NCBI GenBank assembly: GCA_010093705.1
Contig: MU006090.1
Location: 744,001-808,000 of the forward strand
Length of the DNA: 64,000 nucleotides
Reading direction: 5' to 3'
From: Patellaria atrata CBS 101060
Taxonomy: Eukaryota
The notes beneath the pieces were generated by a model. That model saw only the letters and a program-made list of their open reading frames with translations, was not told the origin of the DNA and searched no databases. Positions 13,406 through 26,743 of the stretch are shown in pieces (positions within the stretch are counted from its first letter, which is position 1; the number at the start of each line of letters is the position of its first letter). The position numbers and the translations under genes are program-made.

Positions 13406-14243
13406 AATTTCATTAGCGGAACCTCAAGCTTCTGTTTATGGGATCTAGTAAGCTGATTGAAGTAATGCTGCGCATCTCATCTTTCTCATCTGGACTGCTG
13501 TTCTAAGGAACACTCCGAGCTCAGTAATTGTCGTTTAATTCACGAGGATATGAATGGCATGGCATGAACGACAAACGATGTGATCTTGTTTTCTTTTCAG
13601 GCTTGGACATACTAGGGCGTTCAAGGTTCATGAGCAAGTCAATAACTTACTATTGCGAGAAAATATCCGACGATGGAAATAAGGATGGTACTATTATTGT
13701 ATAGCGTACAAACACATAATGGAAGATTTTCTCTCGGACCATAACTATGCCCATTGACTACATTGTGCACAGCATTCGATGATCGAATCAACAAACTGGG
13801 ACTTCAGAGTTATCTTATATCCAATGTACTCTGGCTTTACCTTAAATTATCCTGCCTCCAGGTTAAAATTGCAACCCTTCCGAAGCACTCATACTTCTCC
13901 AGACTCAATTACGGAACGGGGCCGAGGTCGAGCGGAATCGGGGCGGGAACTCGCATGCATGAGGTAACATAGCAACGAATAACATCCGAATAGCATACCA
14001 AAGTACCTTTGTTTGTTGTTGCAACACCTCCAACGCTACAAGATAGAATACTCACTTTCGAAAATAAGTCTGAATAAGGTAGACCATGGTAATAGCATGG
14101 TAGATCGGATACGAGTTGAGAATACACGTGACGGCCAATCCAACCCGACTTTAGTGCCGCTGCCGAGCTACAACGGCACACGTCACACTCACGGTTCTTC
14201 ATCATCACAAGCCTTTCACCCTGAGGTTAGAGCGTCCCTTGGA

Positions 14244-14259
14244 CCGAGGACTCCCTCGG
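14244..14259. promoter_or_regulatory. Inverted pair of CCGAGG/CCTCGG (FarA/FarB-type) sites in the isocitrate lyase promoter
   Basis: CCGAGG-ACTC-CCTCGG, plus a third CCGAGG at 13922. CCTCGG is the known core for FarA/FarB fatty-acid regulators, whose targets include acuD in Aspergillus. Confidence 0.6.
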
Positions 14260-14651
14260 CCAGTACAGTATTAGGATAGTCACCTTGGTCGTCCTGGTAG
14301 CTATGAAGACCTTTCATGCTGGCATTCACTATCATTGGAAGTCCAGCTCCCCCTCTATGTGCCAAGCTGGACTATCCTCTACTCCGATGTGTTCCGAACC
14401 AGTGGTGATACTGGAATTGAATGCTTGGTCTATGAATATATATGTTAGTAGCGTTCCCCCCGTGTGTTGAGAGTGATGAGCTTTACCTTCATCATAGTTT
14501 TCTCCCCCTCTTAGTAACTTCGCTCAGCTGTTTCCAATCTCCACTCTATATCTCTTCATGTTGAGTATCAGATAGCTATCTAGTCATAATAAGCTATCAT
14601 TTCTTCTGTCCGATTGCAATTGAAGCTTAATTTACAATACCTTTGCTCACA

Positions 14652-16466
14652 ATGCCCTCAATCGACGCTGAAGAACAGCAATATATAGATGAGGTAAATG
14701 CAGTAAAGCAATGGTGGGCCGATTCGAGATGGAGGTATACCAAGAGGGCATTTACGGCAGAGCAAATCGTCGCCAAAAGAGGAAATCTCAAAATACAATA
14801 CCCAGGTAATACACAAAGCAAGAAGCTATGGAGAATCGTAGAGGACAGATTCAAGGTACAACCCCTGGAACAGAGACGATACAAGATCTGACGCGACGCA
14901 GAATGGCGATGCTAGTTTCACTTATGGCTGTTTGGATCCCACTATGCTCACGCAAATGGCGAAATACCTCGATACTGTTTACGTTTCCGGATGGCAATGT
15001 TCTTCTACAGCATCTACCACCGATGAGCCTGGACCAGATCTTGCGGATTACCCTATGGTGAGCTCCTTCTCCGCAATTAGACAGGAAGGTAATACTAAAT
15101 ATACCTTAGACAACTGTACCAAATAAAGTCAACCACCTGTGGATGGCCCAGCTATTCCACGACAGGAAACAGAGGGAAGAACGCCTGAGTACACCAAAGG
15201 ATAAGCGGGCTAATGTCGCCAATATCGACTACCTACGACCAATTATCGCCGATGCGGACACTGGTCATGGTGGTCTAACAGCTGTTATGAAGCTGACGAA
15301 GCTCTTCATTGAGAGAGGAGCAGCCGGAATTCATATTGAAGATCAGGCTCCTGGTACAAAGAAGTGTGGGCATATGGCTGGGAAGGTTCTAGTACCTATT
15401 CAAGAGCACATCAACCGCTTAATTGCCATCAGGGCGCAGGCTGACATAATGGGTATTTGACCAACAGTATTGATGGTGAAAAGTAATTGCTTATAAGTCA
15501 TTAGGAACCGATCTTCTAGCGGTTGCGAGAACAGACTCAGAGGCTGCTACTCTTATAACCTCCACTATCGACCCTAGGGATCATGCTTTCATCCAAGGCT
15601 CTACCAACGCTGCTCTCCAACCCCTGAACGATCTCATGATTGCTGCAGAGCAAGCTGGCAAAACCGGGGACGAACTTCAAGCTATCGAAGATCAATGGAC
15701 GGCTCAGGCAGGCCTAAAGTTGTTCCATGAGGCTGTGATTGATACCATCAATGCCGGTGTCCACGTGAATAAGCAAGACCTTATTAAGCAGTTCATGTCA
15801 CGAGTGAAGGGAAAGAGCAACTCAGAAGCCAGAGCAATCGCTAAGGGGATCACCGGGGTGGATATCTACTTCGACTGGGACGCGCCAAGGACGAGAGAAG
15901 GTTACTACAGGTATCAAGGTGGTTGCCAATGCGCTGTCAACCGCGCGATCGCCTATGCCCCGTACTGCGATTTGATCTGGATGGAGAGTAAACTGCCGGA
16001 TTACCAGCAGGCGCAGGAGTTTGCCGAGGGCGTGCATGCCGTTTGGCCTGAGCAGAAGTATGTCTTCCCCCTAATTTAACACGAATACTGATACCTTCCG
16101 TCTAGACTTGCATACAACCTCTCCCCCTCTTTCAACTGGAAAGCAGCCATGCCCCGCGACGAGCAGGAAACTTACATCAAGCGCCTCGCCAAATTAGGTT
16201 ACTGTTGGCAGTTCATCACTTTAGCGGGTCTGCACCAGACAGCGTTGATAGCAGACACCTTCAGCAAGGCGTACGCGAAACAGGGTATGAGGGCGTACGG
16301 AGAGCTGATCCAGGAACCGGAGATTGAGGGCGGTGTCGATGTGGTGAGGCATCAGAAGTGGTCCGGCGCGAACTATATAGATAATATGCTTAAGATGGTG
16401 ACGGGGGGTGTGAGTTCAACGAGTGCGATGGGAAAGGGGGTTACGGAGGATCAATTTAAGCATTAG
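14652..16466 (+). CDS. ICL1: Isocitrate lyase; exons 14652-14855, 14902-15057, 15110-15452, 15505-16057, 16106-16466
   Basis: Motifs [26 protein letters not shown], catalytic [15 protein letters not shown] and HQKWSGA. Four canonical introns restore the frame. Confidence 0.97.
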
Positions 16467-17457
16467 AGGGTTGGAGAAGTGTTGGAAAGGTGTTGGTGTG
16501 TTATTGTAATAGGGTGGCGCGTTTGCTTTGGATGCAAATAATGTTTTGGTACTTTGGAATATTACATTTGGGCATATATACAACCGTTACACTCGAATGA
16601 CTTACCTATGTGTCAGTATCTTAATTCATTAAACTATAGCCTAACCGATCGATCCGGTAGGTACCGCGGCAAGTGCGGAACCGTTCCATCGCCACGTTCA
16701 GCCTTAGAAGATACCAACCGCTTCTTACAAAGTACTTTGTAGCAGGCTTGCTCTCTCATGATGACAGTGCCGTATGCGAGACCGAGTGGGAATATGCCAG
16801 GTATCTCTTACCATATATACTGTACTACCGACAAGAGGTAGATCATCACGGTACCTTAGAACCTTACACCCTCGTGTGTCCTTGGATAAATCGGGCAGTT
16901 GAGTTCTAGTATTGAACGTGTTTATCAGTTCCCAGCGTATTGGTCGAGGTGGGGACTTTTGACCCGCTATCGACTGTATTTGTAAGATACAAGTATGTAA
17001 CGTTAGAAAGAGAATAGGTACCTCAGGTAAGGGCTTTCTTTCTTTGAACAGTTATCATGAGGTAAGTACTCAATTTTTCTGAAAGCAGACTCATTTTCCT
17101 ATTTTTCCTTCTCTATCTTCCAGACTCTCTTCTTTCTTATGGCGGCTGTAGTATAATGGGTTGGGAGTACCAGGAGAAGTTAGTTCATCAGTTGAATTTA
17201 TAGCTTACTGTATGTTTATTTCCACCTATTACGCTACACTTTGTAAGTAAAACTAGAGCTTAAGGCTACGGTATCGTTCAGCAAGTACCGAGGTCGGGCG
17301 GGATTAGGCTCTAATTCCGTGGGCTAAACTCGAACGCCACTGTTTCTTTTTCCTAATTGACAATTCGTTTATTACATATGGACTTGCCCTTTTCTACTAT
17401 CATTTGAAACCTTTCGGCAAAGGTTATCGTTCTTGGTTGCTCCAAAAAAGGTGCTCA

Positions 17458-19478
17458 ATGGCAGCAAATGGCGCTTCCATGGAGGGCAAAAGCTCTACCT
17501 CAACATCAACACCACAGGAGAGCTCAGAACCGATTATCGCAGATACAAAAAGGTCGTTAGCGCGTCCTTCGTCTCGCTCTTCGTCAACCCTATCTTCCGA
17601 CTTGTCTTCGACGCACTCGACGGATTCTGATTCTTCAAATCAAGACGCCCATTCTTTGCAGGTATACAACTCGGAACCGGATTGTACCTTGAGCCCTCAG
17701 GTATCGAGACAGACATCAAAAAATGCAGTGCCTCTTACTAGACTAGCGACTGGACGCTCTACCGCAACGAATGCGACTACCGATCCGAGATATGAGGTCG
17801 ATTTTGAGGAAGATGATCCTAAGAATCCCAGGAATTGGCCGTTTTGGTATAGGGGTATCATTATCTTTCTAATTTCGTATTCGACAATGGTAGTGTAAGT
17901 GGACTTTTGCGAATTGTAATTGTGATGTTTGGGGACCTGAAAGCTCTTCAAAATCAATTGAGGCGGCATGCTAACAAAACATTTAGTGTCTGTTATTCCA
18001 CCTCCTACACCTCAGGCATACCCGGCATGATGTCATCCTTCAACATCAGAAGTGAGACGGTTGTCGTCTTAGGTATCACCACCTACCTTTGCGGTCTCGC
18101 AGCGGGATCCGTGGTTCTAGCACCATTGAGCGAGATGTACGGCCGTCGTCCAGTATATCTGGTCTCCATGACTCTCTTCACTATACTCGTCGTCCCTTGC
18201 GCACTTGCACCTAATCTCGAAGCTGTCCTGGTATCTCGGTTCTTTGGAGCTTTCTTCGGCGCTGCAATGATAGGGAATGCGCCTGGTACTGTCAGCGATA
18301 TTGTACCAGATGAGTGGAGGGCGCTAGCCTTTTCTTGCTGGAGTATTGGACCTATGAATGGGCCTGTTATTGGGCCGGTAATTGGTGGATTCGTTTTCCA
18401 GTATCTTGGATGGCGGTGGACTAACTGGATTGTCCTTATCATGGGTGGGGCGGCTTTGGGTTGTATATGTCTCATTAAGGAGACTTATGCTCCTGCTTTG
18501 TTGAGACAGCAAGCTGCTAGGAAGAGAAAAGAGACTGGCGATTCGCGATGGTGGTCACGTTATGATGATAAGGCATCATTTGCTTCGTTGCTCAAACTCA
18601 ACCTTTCAAGGCCATTTGTAATGGCTTTCACGGAGCCTATATGGTGAGTTCTCCTCTTCGTTGTCACCTAGCTTGTTTTGAGTTCCAGTTGGATTCCAGA
18701 CTGACTTAAACCAAGCATTTTCTGGAATCTCTACATCGCCGTCGTCTACGCAGTCCTCTACCTCTGCTTTGTTGCATATCCAATAATCTTCTCACAAATG
18801 CGACACTGGGAACCCGGCTTTGTAGGCCTCGCATATTCCGGCATCGGCTGCGGCACCCTCATCGCTATCGTCTGCGAGCCGCTCATCCGGCGAATGATCA
18901 ACTCGCACGCGCCCGACCCAGAGACTGCACGCGTCCCTCCTGAGGCCATGGTCAGCATCGTCTGTATCGGTGCCTTCTGTATCCCCATCGGCGAACTCAT
19001 TTTCGCTTGGACGTGTGCCCCGCACATCCCTTGGATTGCCCCGATTCTGGCCGGGTTACCGTTTGGCTTTGGGAACGGTGCAGTTTTCATTTACGCGAGT
19101 AATTATCTAGTGCATAGCTATGGGATTTATGCGGCGAGTGCGTTGGCGGGGAATGCGGTGCTGAGGAGTGCGATGGGAGGCACGTTGCCGTTGGCGGGGC
19201 CAAAGATGTATGCCACACTAGGACCGGAGTGGGCTGGGACGTTGCTTGGGTTGTTGGAGCTAGCGCTGGTCCCGATTCCACTTATTTTCTACAGGTATGG
19301 GCATAGAATTCGCATGAAGAGTGTGCTTATCAGGCAGATGAGGGATGATCAGGCGAAGTTGGAGGGGAAGAAGGCGCGGGCGACGGAGAAGTCGAGGCAG
19401 AAGGAAGAGATTGAGGATAAGGGGAAGGAGAAAGAGATGGGGTTGGAGAGTAAGGAGTTGGAACCTGCTGAGGTCTAA
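17458..19478 (+). CDS. MFS transporter, DHA1 (drug:H+ antiporter / polyamine transporter-like); exons 17458-17894, 17987-18643, 18716-19478
   Basis: Motifs DPKNPRNW, APLSEMYGRRPVY, GPVIGPVIGG, WRWTNW, KETYAP and ASALAGNAVLRS; multiple hydrophobic TM segments; two introns. Confidence 0.92.
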
Positions 19479-20436
19479 GAAACTTGAATTTTTGGTGTTT
19501 GGATTTCGGGGTCAGCATAAGCCTTCGGGTTGGATCTTCGGTAAGGCGTTCCGGGCTGGTAACACATACTCACTGGCGTTTATGGCATGTGTAGCATCGT
19601 CGGTTAAGGTAAGATACATATATGGGGTATTGGTTCGATTTCTTTAAATCTTTTCTGATTATTCTTGGGTTCCAAAGTGGTATTTTCTGTTCTGTTGTAT
19701 TTCTTGCGATATGGTCTTAGTCATCTTTCCTCTTCTTACTCATAATTTTATATTTATCAAAAGCTTATAATTTCAGGCAAAAGATCTTTTTTCACACGTC
19801 TATTGGTTATTTTGTCACTGTGGTTGCAAATCTTTCAGTCCAGCTGAATGCGAGGTTATCGTGGCCGCGTTTCCCCATATCGGCATCTGCTCTCTCTGTT
19901 GTGTCTTAATGCTCTCAAACTTTCCTCACCGAGTTATCATCATAGATCAGGACTCAGTATTCAGGGTCCAGGTCGATCCATAACGAAGCCTTATGGAGTT
20001 CGCCAAGCATATCTTTCAGCTTCAACACCAGCCTTTGCTGATTGCAACTCTTTCCTGCCGTCTTATCCTACGACATGAGAGGTGAAATATCTTTTATTCT
20101 TCCTCCACCAACCCGCACGTTCCAGTTGACATCCGTGTGAGTACTATGGGTGCACGCACTGATGACGTAAGATTTTTAAAGAGGTTCGAGCTTATTACCG
20201 TTTTGGGTCATTCAGCTGAAGCTGACCACTGACCGACCAAATTGACGGTAGAGGGACATGAAAGGGCGTCAGTATGAGGTGGGATCACTGTGACTGATAT
20301 AATACTTATTTATATTTCCTTAACATGCACATATTTCCTAGTTTTTCATACTTTCGAGTTCTCTTTGCTTTTCAGTATCCAATATCTAGTATCCAGTATT
20401 CGGATTGTATAGTCATTCCTAAAGTGGATTCTCAAA

Positions 20437-22890
20437 ATGTCCCCATCATCCTCTGAAGATGAGCGGCAAACTACCCTTGTCCTTCAACGTGACAGTATCC
20501 TCCAAGACATCCTCGACCACGTTGTTGAGCGCTTTGGTGTCACATTCGCCACAGTCGATTTTACTGCTCTCAAAGAGGAAGTCCTCAGACCTGTGTTGAA
20601 TCAGACCTTCGACCCCGAGAAACAGATTCGTGGTTTTCTACATGCATTTAGAAAAACAATTGCTTTCGAGAAGGCGTTCAGGGAGATCGATGATAAGGAA
20701 CTAAGAGCTAAGATTGAGGGGTTCATGGATGGGGGGAGTAGTGAAGATGTTGTGGGCAAGGAAGGGTTCAGCGTAGGAAAGTACAGGAGTCCAGGCGTTA
20801 AGCATCATTTTTCACTCCTGGAGAAGTTGAGGGATTTGGTGGTGGGCGGGACTGAATTTAAGGAGAAGGTGGAGGAGTTCTTTGGGGTTGGGGATGATGT
20901 GGTTCTGAAGAGGCATCTGGAGAAGTTGCCGGTTTATGAGGATAAAGTGGGGAAGCAGGTTGTTGAGGTATGTTCTTGGCTTGACATCCAAATCTTAAGA
21001 CTGGCTATGATCTAGTTGCTGACGGAGGTGATGATAGGTATATTCTCATGTGCCGTTCTCAAATTGGGGTCAGTCGGTGCACAATACACCCAAATACACC
21101 TTCCTCCCGACTACTACAACCGGCGTCCAGAACATCGTCCTCTTCGCCCAGGAAAGCGATCTCCGCGTTCGTTGCGGTGGATACAGACACTCCTGGGCCA
21201 ATATCTTTGGCGAAACCGGCGAGATTTTTATCTCATTCGTCGGGTTGGAGCAAGTCACTACCCTCCCTGATCCTATGAGCATTCAACCAGGGAATTATAC
21301 CGGCCAAGGTGTCCCGGATCTCAAGACTATCGAGCTGAAAGAGCATACGACCGAGGGTAAGAGACTATGCAGAGTCGGTGTCGCAGTCACGAACGAAGAT
21401 TTCCGCCGCTGGGCCATCCACAACGGCACCTGGGCTCTACCGGTCGACGTCATTTTGGTCGAAGTTACAATCGGAGGCGTCAATGGTCCCATTTGTCATG
21501 GTGCAGGCAGACGACATAAGACTATCTCGGACTACGTCCGTAGGATCGAGTATGTAGACTGTAATGGCAAGCTCCAGATGGTGGAAGACGAGAAGTGGAT
21601 CAGAACCGCGGCGGGAGCGTTCGGCTTGCTAGGCGTCGTGACGCACATCACCTTCGAGCTAGACGAGATGACCTACGCCGTCATGGAGCCGAGGAAGGTG
21701 GATATCGGACTCGCCATCCCACCACTCAGCAAACACGATATCCCGCCGGAGTTGCGCGCAGATTGGTGGGATGACGAAAATGCAGATGAGATGATAGAAA
21801 AGGCAAACGTAGAGTTTGAGAGAAGGGCGCAGGACGACTATTACAGCGAGGTAAGCTCTCCTGCTTTTTTTTTTCTTTTCTTTTCCCATTTCCCTTTAAC
21901 TTCAAACCCATTTCCCCCATTCGACAAGAGGAGCAACATTAATCCAAACGTGATGAACAGTGGTTCTGGTTCACCTACCAACAACGCGCCTGGATCAACA
22001 CCTGGAACACCATCCCCCTTCCCCCCCGCTCCTCCCCCCCTCCAGCAAACTTCCACCCCGAGTACCCGACCCCCTCCCAAACCTTCCTGCAGTGGCTCGA
22101 GGGCTGGCTCGGCGGCGTCCTAACTTCCCACCCCTTCTTCAACGCCCTCCCAGGCTTCTGGCAAGCCCAGCTCCTCGCGACGATGGGCATGGCGGCGCTC
22201 CCGCCCCGCTTCGGCGAGGACGAAACGCCGACCATCGTCACGCCGTTGTGTAATGCGTTGCACTTCCGCCGCGGGGTGCAGAATATGCGCGTCCGGGACA
22301 TGGAGGTGCAGATCCCGATCCCGGGGAAGAAAAGTCGGAGCGATGGTGGCCAGGAAGAGGAAGTACCGGACTGGTCTACGGTGCGAAGAGCGTGGTGGGA
22401 TGCGATCAATCTGACGTACGCCACCGCGAGGGAATCGGATAATCCGCTCGACCCGGAGACCCCGATGCGACTTACCCTCGAGCTGAGAATTATGGGTGGC
22501 TCTGATATCCTCCTCGCCCCCCAGCGGGGAAACAGACACGGGACAGCGAGTATCGAAGTCCTGTCCCTCCCTGATGCCGTCGCGGATGAGGAGTGGAGCG
22601 TTTTTTGTCAGCGGCTGGCGGATCGCTGGGGGAAGCTGGCGCCGGAGGGACGGGTGAGGCCGCATTGGGCGAAGGAGTGGGAGGGGTTGAGGTTTGGGGG
22701 GATGGGAACTGGGGATGGTGGGGTCGGACGAGGGGCCAGGGAGTGGGCGAGGGAGGTCGCGTATAAGGATGCGTTGGTGGAGTGGAGGGGGGTTGTGGAG
22801 GAGATGGGACGGAGTATGGGGTGGGGGTTAGGTGAGGTTGAAAGACGGTTTGGGGGCGGTGTGATGGGGGAGGTTGTTTGGGGAAGATGA
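20437..22890 (+). CDS. FAD-linked oxidase (VAO/PCMH fold; D-arabinono-1,4-lactone / L-gulonolactone oxidase-like); exons 20437-20967, 21038-21850, 21961-22890
   Basis: Motifs FSNWG, RVRCGGYRHSW, VTIGG...ICHGAG, GAFGLLGVVT, ELRIMGGS and C-terminal RPHWAK. Two introns join three ORF-track fragments. Confidence 0.88.
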
Positions 22891-23436
22891 GCGTTCTTGT
22901 TGTTTTGGGGGAAAGGGGTGGGATAGGAATATCGGGGTTGAATTGGTGACCGTATCATTTGTTTTAGGCTTCGAGGGGCTGGTAACGGATACTGTATCCC
23001 GCTTCTATCATCCAGTTTTTTTGCGATATTGAGATTTTGGGCGTAGATCAGACCTCGTTCGCCCTGTTCATTCTCGTTCTCGTTACTGGTTTTCACACAG
23101 GGCTATCCGAGTCCCAACTCCACTCCTAAGCAAAACCTCACAGTCAAACCCACCGGAAAATCATACATTTAAAATTCATCATTAGTATCTCACTCACTAT
23201 ACTATCTACATTCATATCCTACAACCTAGGTAAGCTACAGCTCTGGCCCCTATCCATGGCGGGAAGCCAGAGTCAGGAGAGAATCAGACCGGACAACAAG
23301 TGGCGATATGCACTACCGTACCACAACCTCCACTTACGCAGAACTAAACAATTTCACAGCGAGGAATGGAAGGTGAAAACGCTCCTTTGAGAGCTGGGAG
23401 TCGAGGCCAGAAACCAGAAACGCCGATTAGGGGGTA

Positions 23437-26400
23437 TCAAACACCACGGAACTAGTTTCTTGTTAGCACACAGCAACCAAATGCTTCCCGCTCCCCAAGG
23501 CAAAGAAAGAAAATCAAACTCACCATCCTAACAACTAAAAACCAACAAGCGCCCACGAACCTAAAAGCGCTTAAACCAGCGACACTCCACAGGACAACCT
23601 TCATGTAAATATTGACCCTGCGATTCCTCTCCGCGTCCTCGTCCTCTGGTTCGATTTTAAAGCTCGCGCCGGCGCCCTTAAGCACGACGGCGCAGAGGCC
23701 CAGGTTGCAAAACATCCAAAGCAGGACAACGGCGCTGCGGAAGCCCTTATAATAATCCTCCTGCTTATCGCTCGCGCTGGGGACTTTCTTGGGGGGAGCC
23801 CACTTGGTGGCGAAGGCGCGGAGTTCGGCTTCATACTGTGTGTTGAGATCCGCATCGTCGCTCGGGGCGTCGACGTCTATTTTGCCGCCGGGTTTTGTGG
23901 TGACGGAGGGGAGCTTGTCTGGTTTATCGTCGCCTTTGGTGCCCCAGGTGATGTCATGGGTGTTGCAGAAGGCGTAGACGTTGAGGATGTTGATGTAGGT
24001 GGGCGTCATGAGGAGGTATTGGAGGAAGGAGGTGACCATGTGCCAGGGATCGAGGAAGAGGATTGAGACGACGACGTAGAGGATGTAGGTTGAGAGCATG
24101 GAGACGATGAGGGTGAAGAAAAGCTGGTTGGTGAAGAGGTCAGAGAGCTTGAATTCGCCGTCTGCGAGCTCAGTTTTCACAGAGATGACGGTGATGTAGA
24201 TGGAGGCGAACAGGAGATAGCTGGGAATGGTCAGTGATCTTGTTCGTGAACCTTGGTGGAGAGACTTACGCCATGATAATCGCCCAGAAGTAGACCATCG
24301 ACATGTAAAACTTATTGGAACCTTGAGGTCTGTTTCCTAGTGCGAGAACGAAACAGGTGATGAGAACAGCTATATAAGTAAACTCAAAGACCACAGCGAG
24401 GATTTTTCCAGCTGTCTTGAGGAGATTGTCGGCACCGAGAGATTCTGTCAAGATCCGGAAGACCAGGAAGAAGTTACCAATAGCGAACCAAGCGAAGATC
24501 ATACTAATACTCTGGTAGATGAACTCTATTATAAAGGCCATCTTTCTCAAGAACGAGTGTCCACTCCGGAAGATTTGATGGGACTTAGCGAGAGCATAGA
24601 CAGCGGCAAAGAAACTACCGTTCAACCATCGACGACGTTGTAAGATGAAGTCAGCCATTTCAGTCGGTACATCCGTCTCACCAGTAGCCGATTTGACGTA
24701 TTGTAGAATCCAGTGGCAGTTTCGTTTAGCGACAAGCTCAAAACAGAGGATACGATCTTCCGCGAGATACATGTTGGCTGTGAAAATACCAGCATTCGCA
24801 CCATGCATCTTTTCCCCTGCAAAGTACTTCTCCAGAGGTCCATTTCCGGTCTTATCATTTTGCAAGGCCACATAGCGGTAAGCTGAGAATGCACCAGGTA
24901 AGACAGAAATGAATCCGAAAGCAGATTCGAGAGGCTTATCCAGAATATTGCTCATCTTGTACTCGAAGTTCTGTGTTGCTACTAGAGGATTAAGCAATTT
25001 CTTGCCTCCCTCCAACATAGCTTTGATCTCACCGCAAGCGCCGGCACACATTGGTTCCACGTCAAACGCTTTCCAGAGCTGGTAAATAGAATCTTTTCCA
25101 GGTTTGGTACCTGCGTCGATAAGTACGCAGATGTTTGGATCGAGGACACTTCCAAAGGCCTGGAAAAACCAACGATGAGAGTTAATCTTCTTTTGATTCT
25201 TTTCCTTCAAACAAAAGAGCATCTGAACTGGGACGGTGCCCTTTTTAACCTGTACGACGTTTTTCTTTACCTCTAGTGTCATTTGGGTAGTGTACTATAT
25301 GTACTATTAGTATTGCTCGTCTCGAATCTTGTTAATTTACTAACCTCGTAAATATGAGCTGTCACATCCTTGCCGTTAACTTGTTGCTTTGCGATTCCAT
25401 CTTGGTAAACACCCATAGCAGCAAGCACGGCCCTGGTTCGAGGATTGATCTTCGCACGACCATCGCTGACCACGCATACAACGATCTTTTTCCAAGCATC
25501 TTTACCCCAAGTTTTGCTATTGGTCCTCGAGTTCATATACTCAATGTTTTTAATAACACCGCTCATGGTCCTAGCGAAAAGCTCGTCTTCTTCATTATAC
25601 ATTGTAACAACAATAAAAAGTTCGGTGTGCCTAGGTTTCGCGAACAGTCTCTGGCGTAGGGTGAACCTCTCTTCATAAAAGTTGGCTGGATCGCAAGTAG
25701 CGGCTGAATACCTCATGTGTGTGAATTCATCTCTCTCCGGGGGTTCTGCATGGGGAACCTGGTTAAGGAGACGGGGTGGAATTGGGCAATCGAGCACCAA
25801 GTTGCCATTGAAAAGTTGTACTTCTTTAACAGTCTTCCAGCGCCTAATAGGAGCCGCTTTCCTAGCGGGCACGGGCTGATCTGCGAATGGTCCCTCTGGG
25901 TGCTCATCGACAGGAGTAGGCGCTGAGTGCGGGTCTGGCCCGTAACCTGGTCCTGTCTCGAGCATTGGTTTATTATCATCTTCATCCTGCCAATAATGTG
26001 GGCGATCGTCGTGTGGTGAGGGATTATAAGGTTGGTTGAAGTAGGCATCGTGGTGTTCAGTTGGGTTAATGGTGTAATCATCATGGCGCGGGGGATATAT
26101 TTGTTCTGGGTGTGGAGAATATCGGTGATCTTGTTCGTATTGTTCATTGTGTCCGTATGAGTTGTTGATATTCTCGACCGAGTACTGTAGAATCAGACCA
26201 TATTAGCTTTTGTAACATAATCAGGAGCTCAATTAAGCTTACGGTTGGTTGCGCCTGTAATCGATCTCCTGGCGTTCCTGGACCTGGACCTGGACCCATA
26301 GGAATTTCTAAGGGTCTTCCTGCTCTATCATCCAGCTGATATTGTTCGAACGGATTGCCAGGAGAAGGTGTGCGGTGTGGTTGCGGTTGCGGTCGTCGAT

Positions 26401-26743
26401 TATCCATTCTGTAGTCGTCGTCGTCGTGATACCCACCACCTTGGGATCCTAAAGTAAACTTAATTAGATGTCGCCTGTAGAAAGTTTACTCAGGCTTCAC
26501 TAGATGAAAGAAGAGAAGGAAGTTCGGAGACAAAAACGCGGTTTCACACATTCACCAGAATCTAAGGTACTGAGCCCCCTAGCCGCGTGGAATGTGACAT
26601 CTTGATAAATATCGTCTATATTTGCGCCTACTCTTAACTCCTCCCGACCTTGTTCGCCTTTCATGCTTCGTAACTTTCCACTTCTTTGTTCCCTGGGGGA
26701 AAAAAAAAAAGGTGAAAGACGTACCTAGGCGGTCGTAGGACAT
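23437..26743 (-). CDS. CHS1: Chitin synthase, class I (naming varies by species); exons 26743-26725, 26448-26243, 26184-25345, 25294-24270, 24220-23524, 23451-23437
   Basis: Motifs [48 protein letters not shown] and SWGTKG-like TWGTKG. N-terminus MSYDRL and C-terminus MFRGV. Five canonical introns. Confidence 0.95.

Noticed and set aside
16464..16545. Stop-codon readthrough giving a cryptic PTS1 on isocitrate lyase
   Set aside because: The stop is TAG-AGG, not TGA-CTA, and the extension ends GCK, which is not PTS1-like.
19345..19647. Arg-rich 100-aa ORF
   Set aside because: Alternative frame of the G/A-rich 3' end of the MFS gene.
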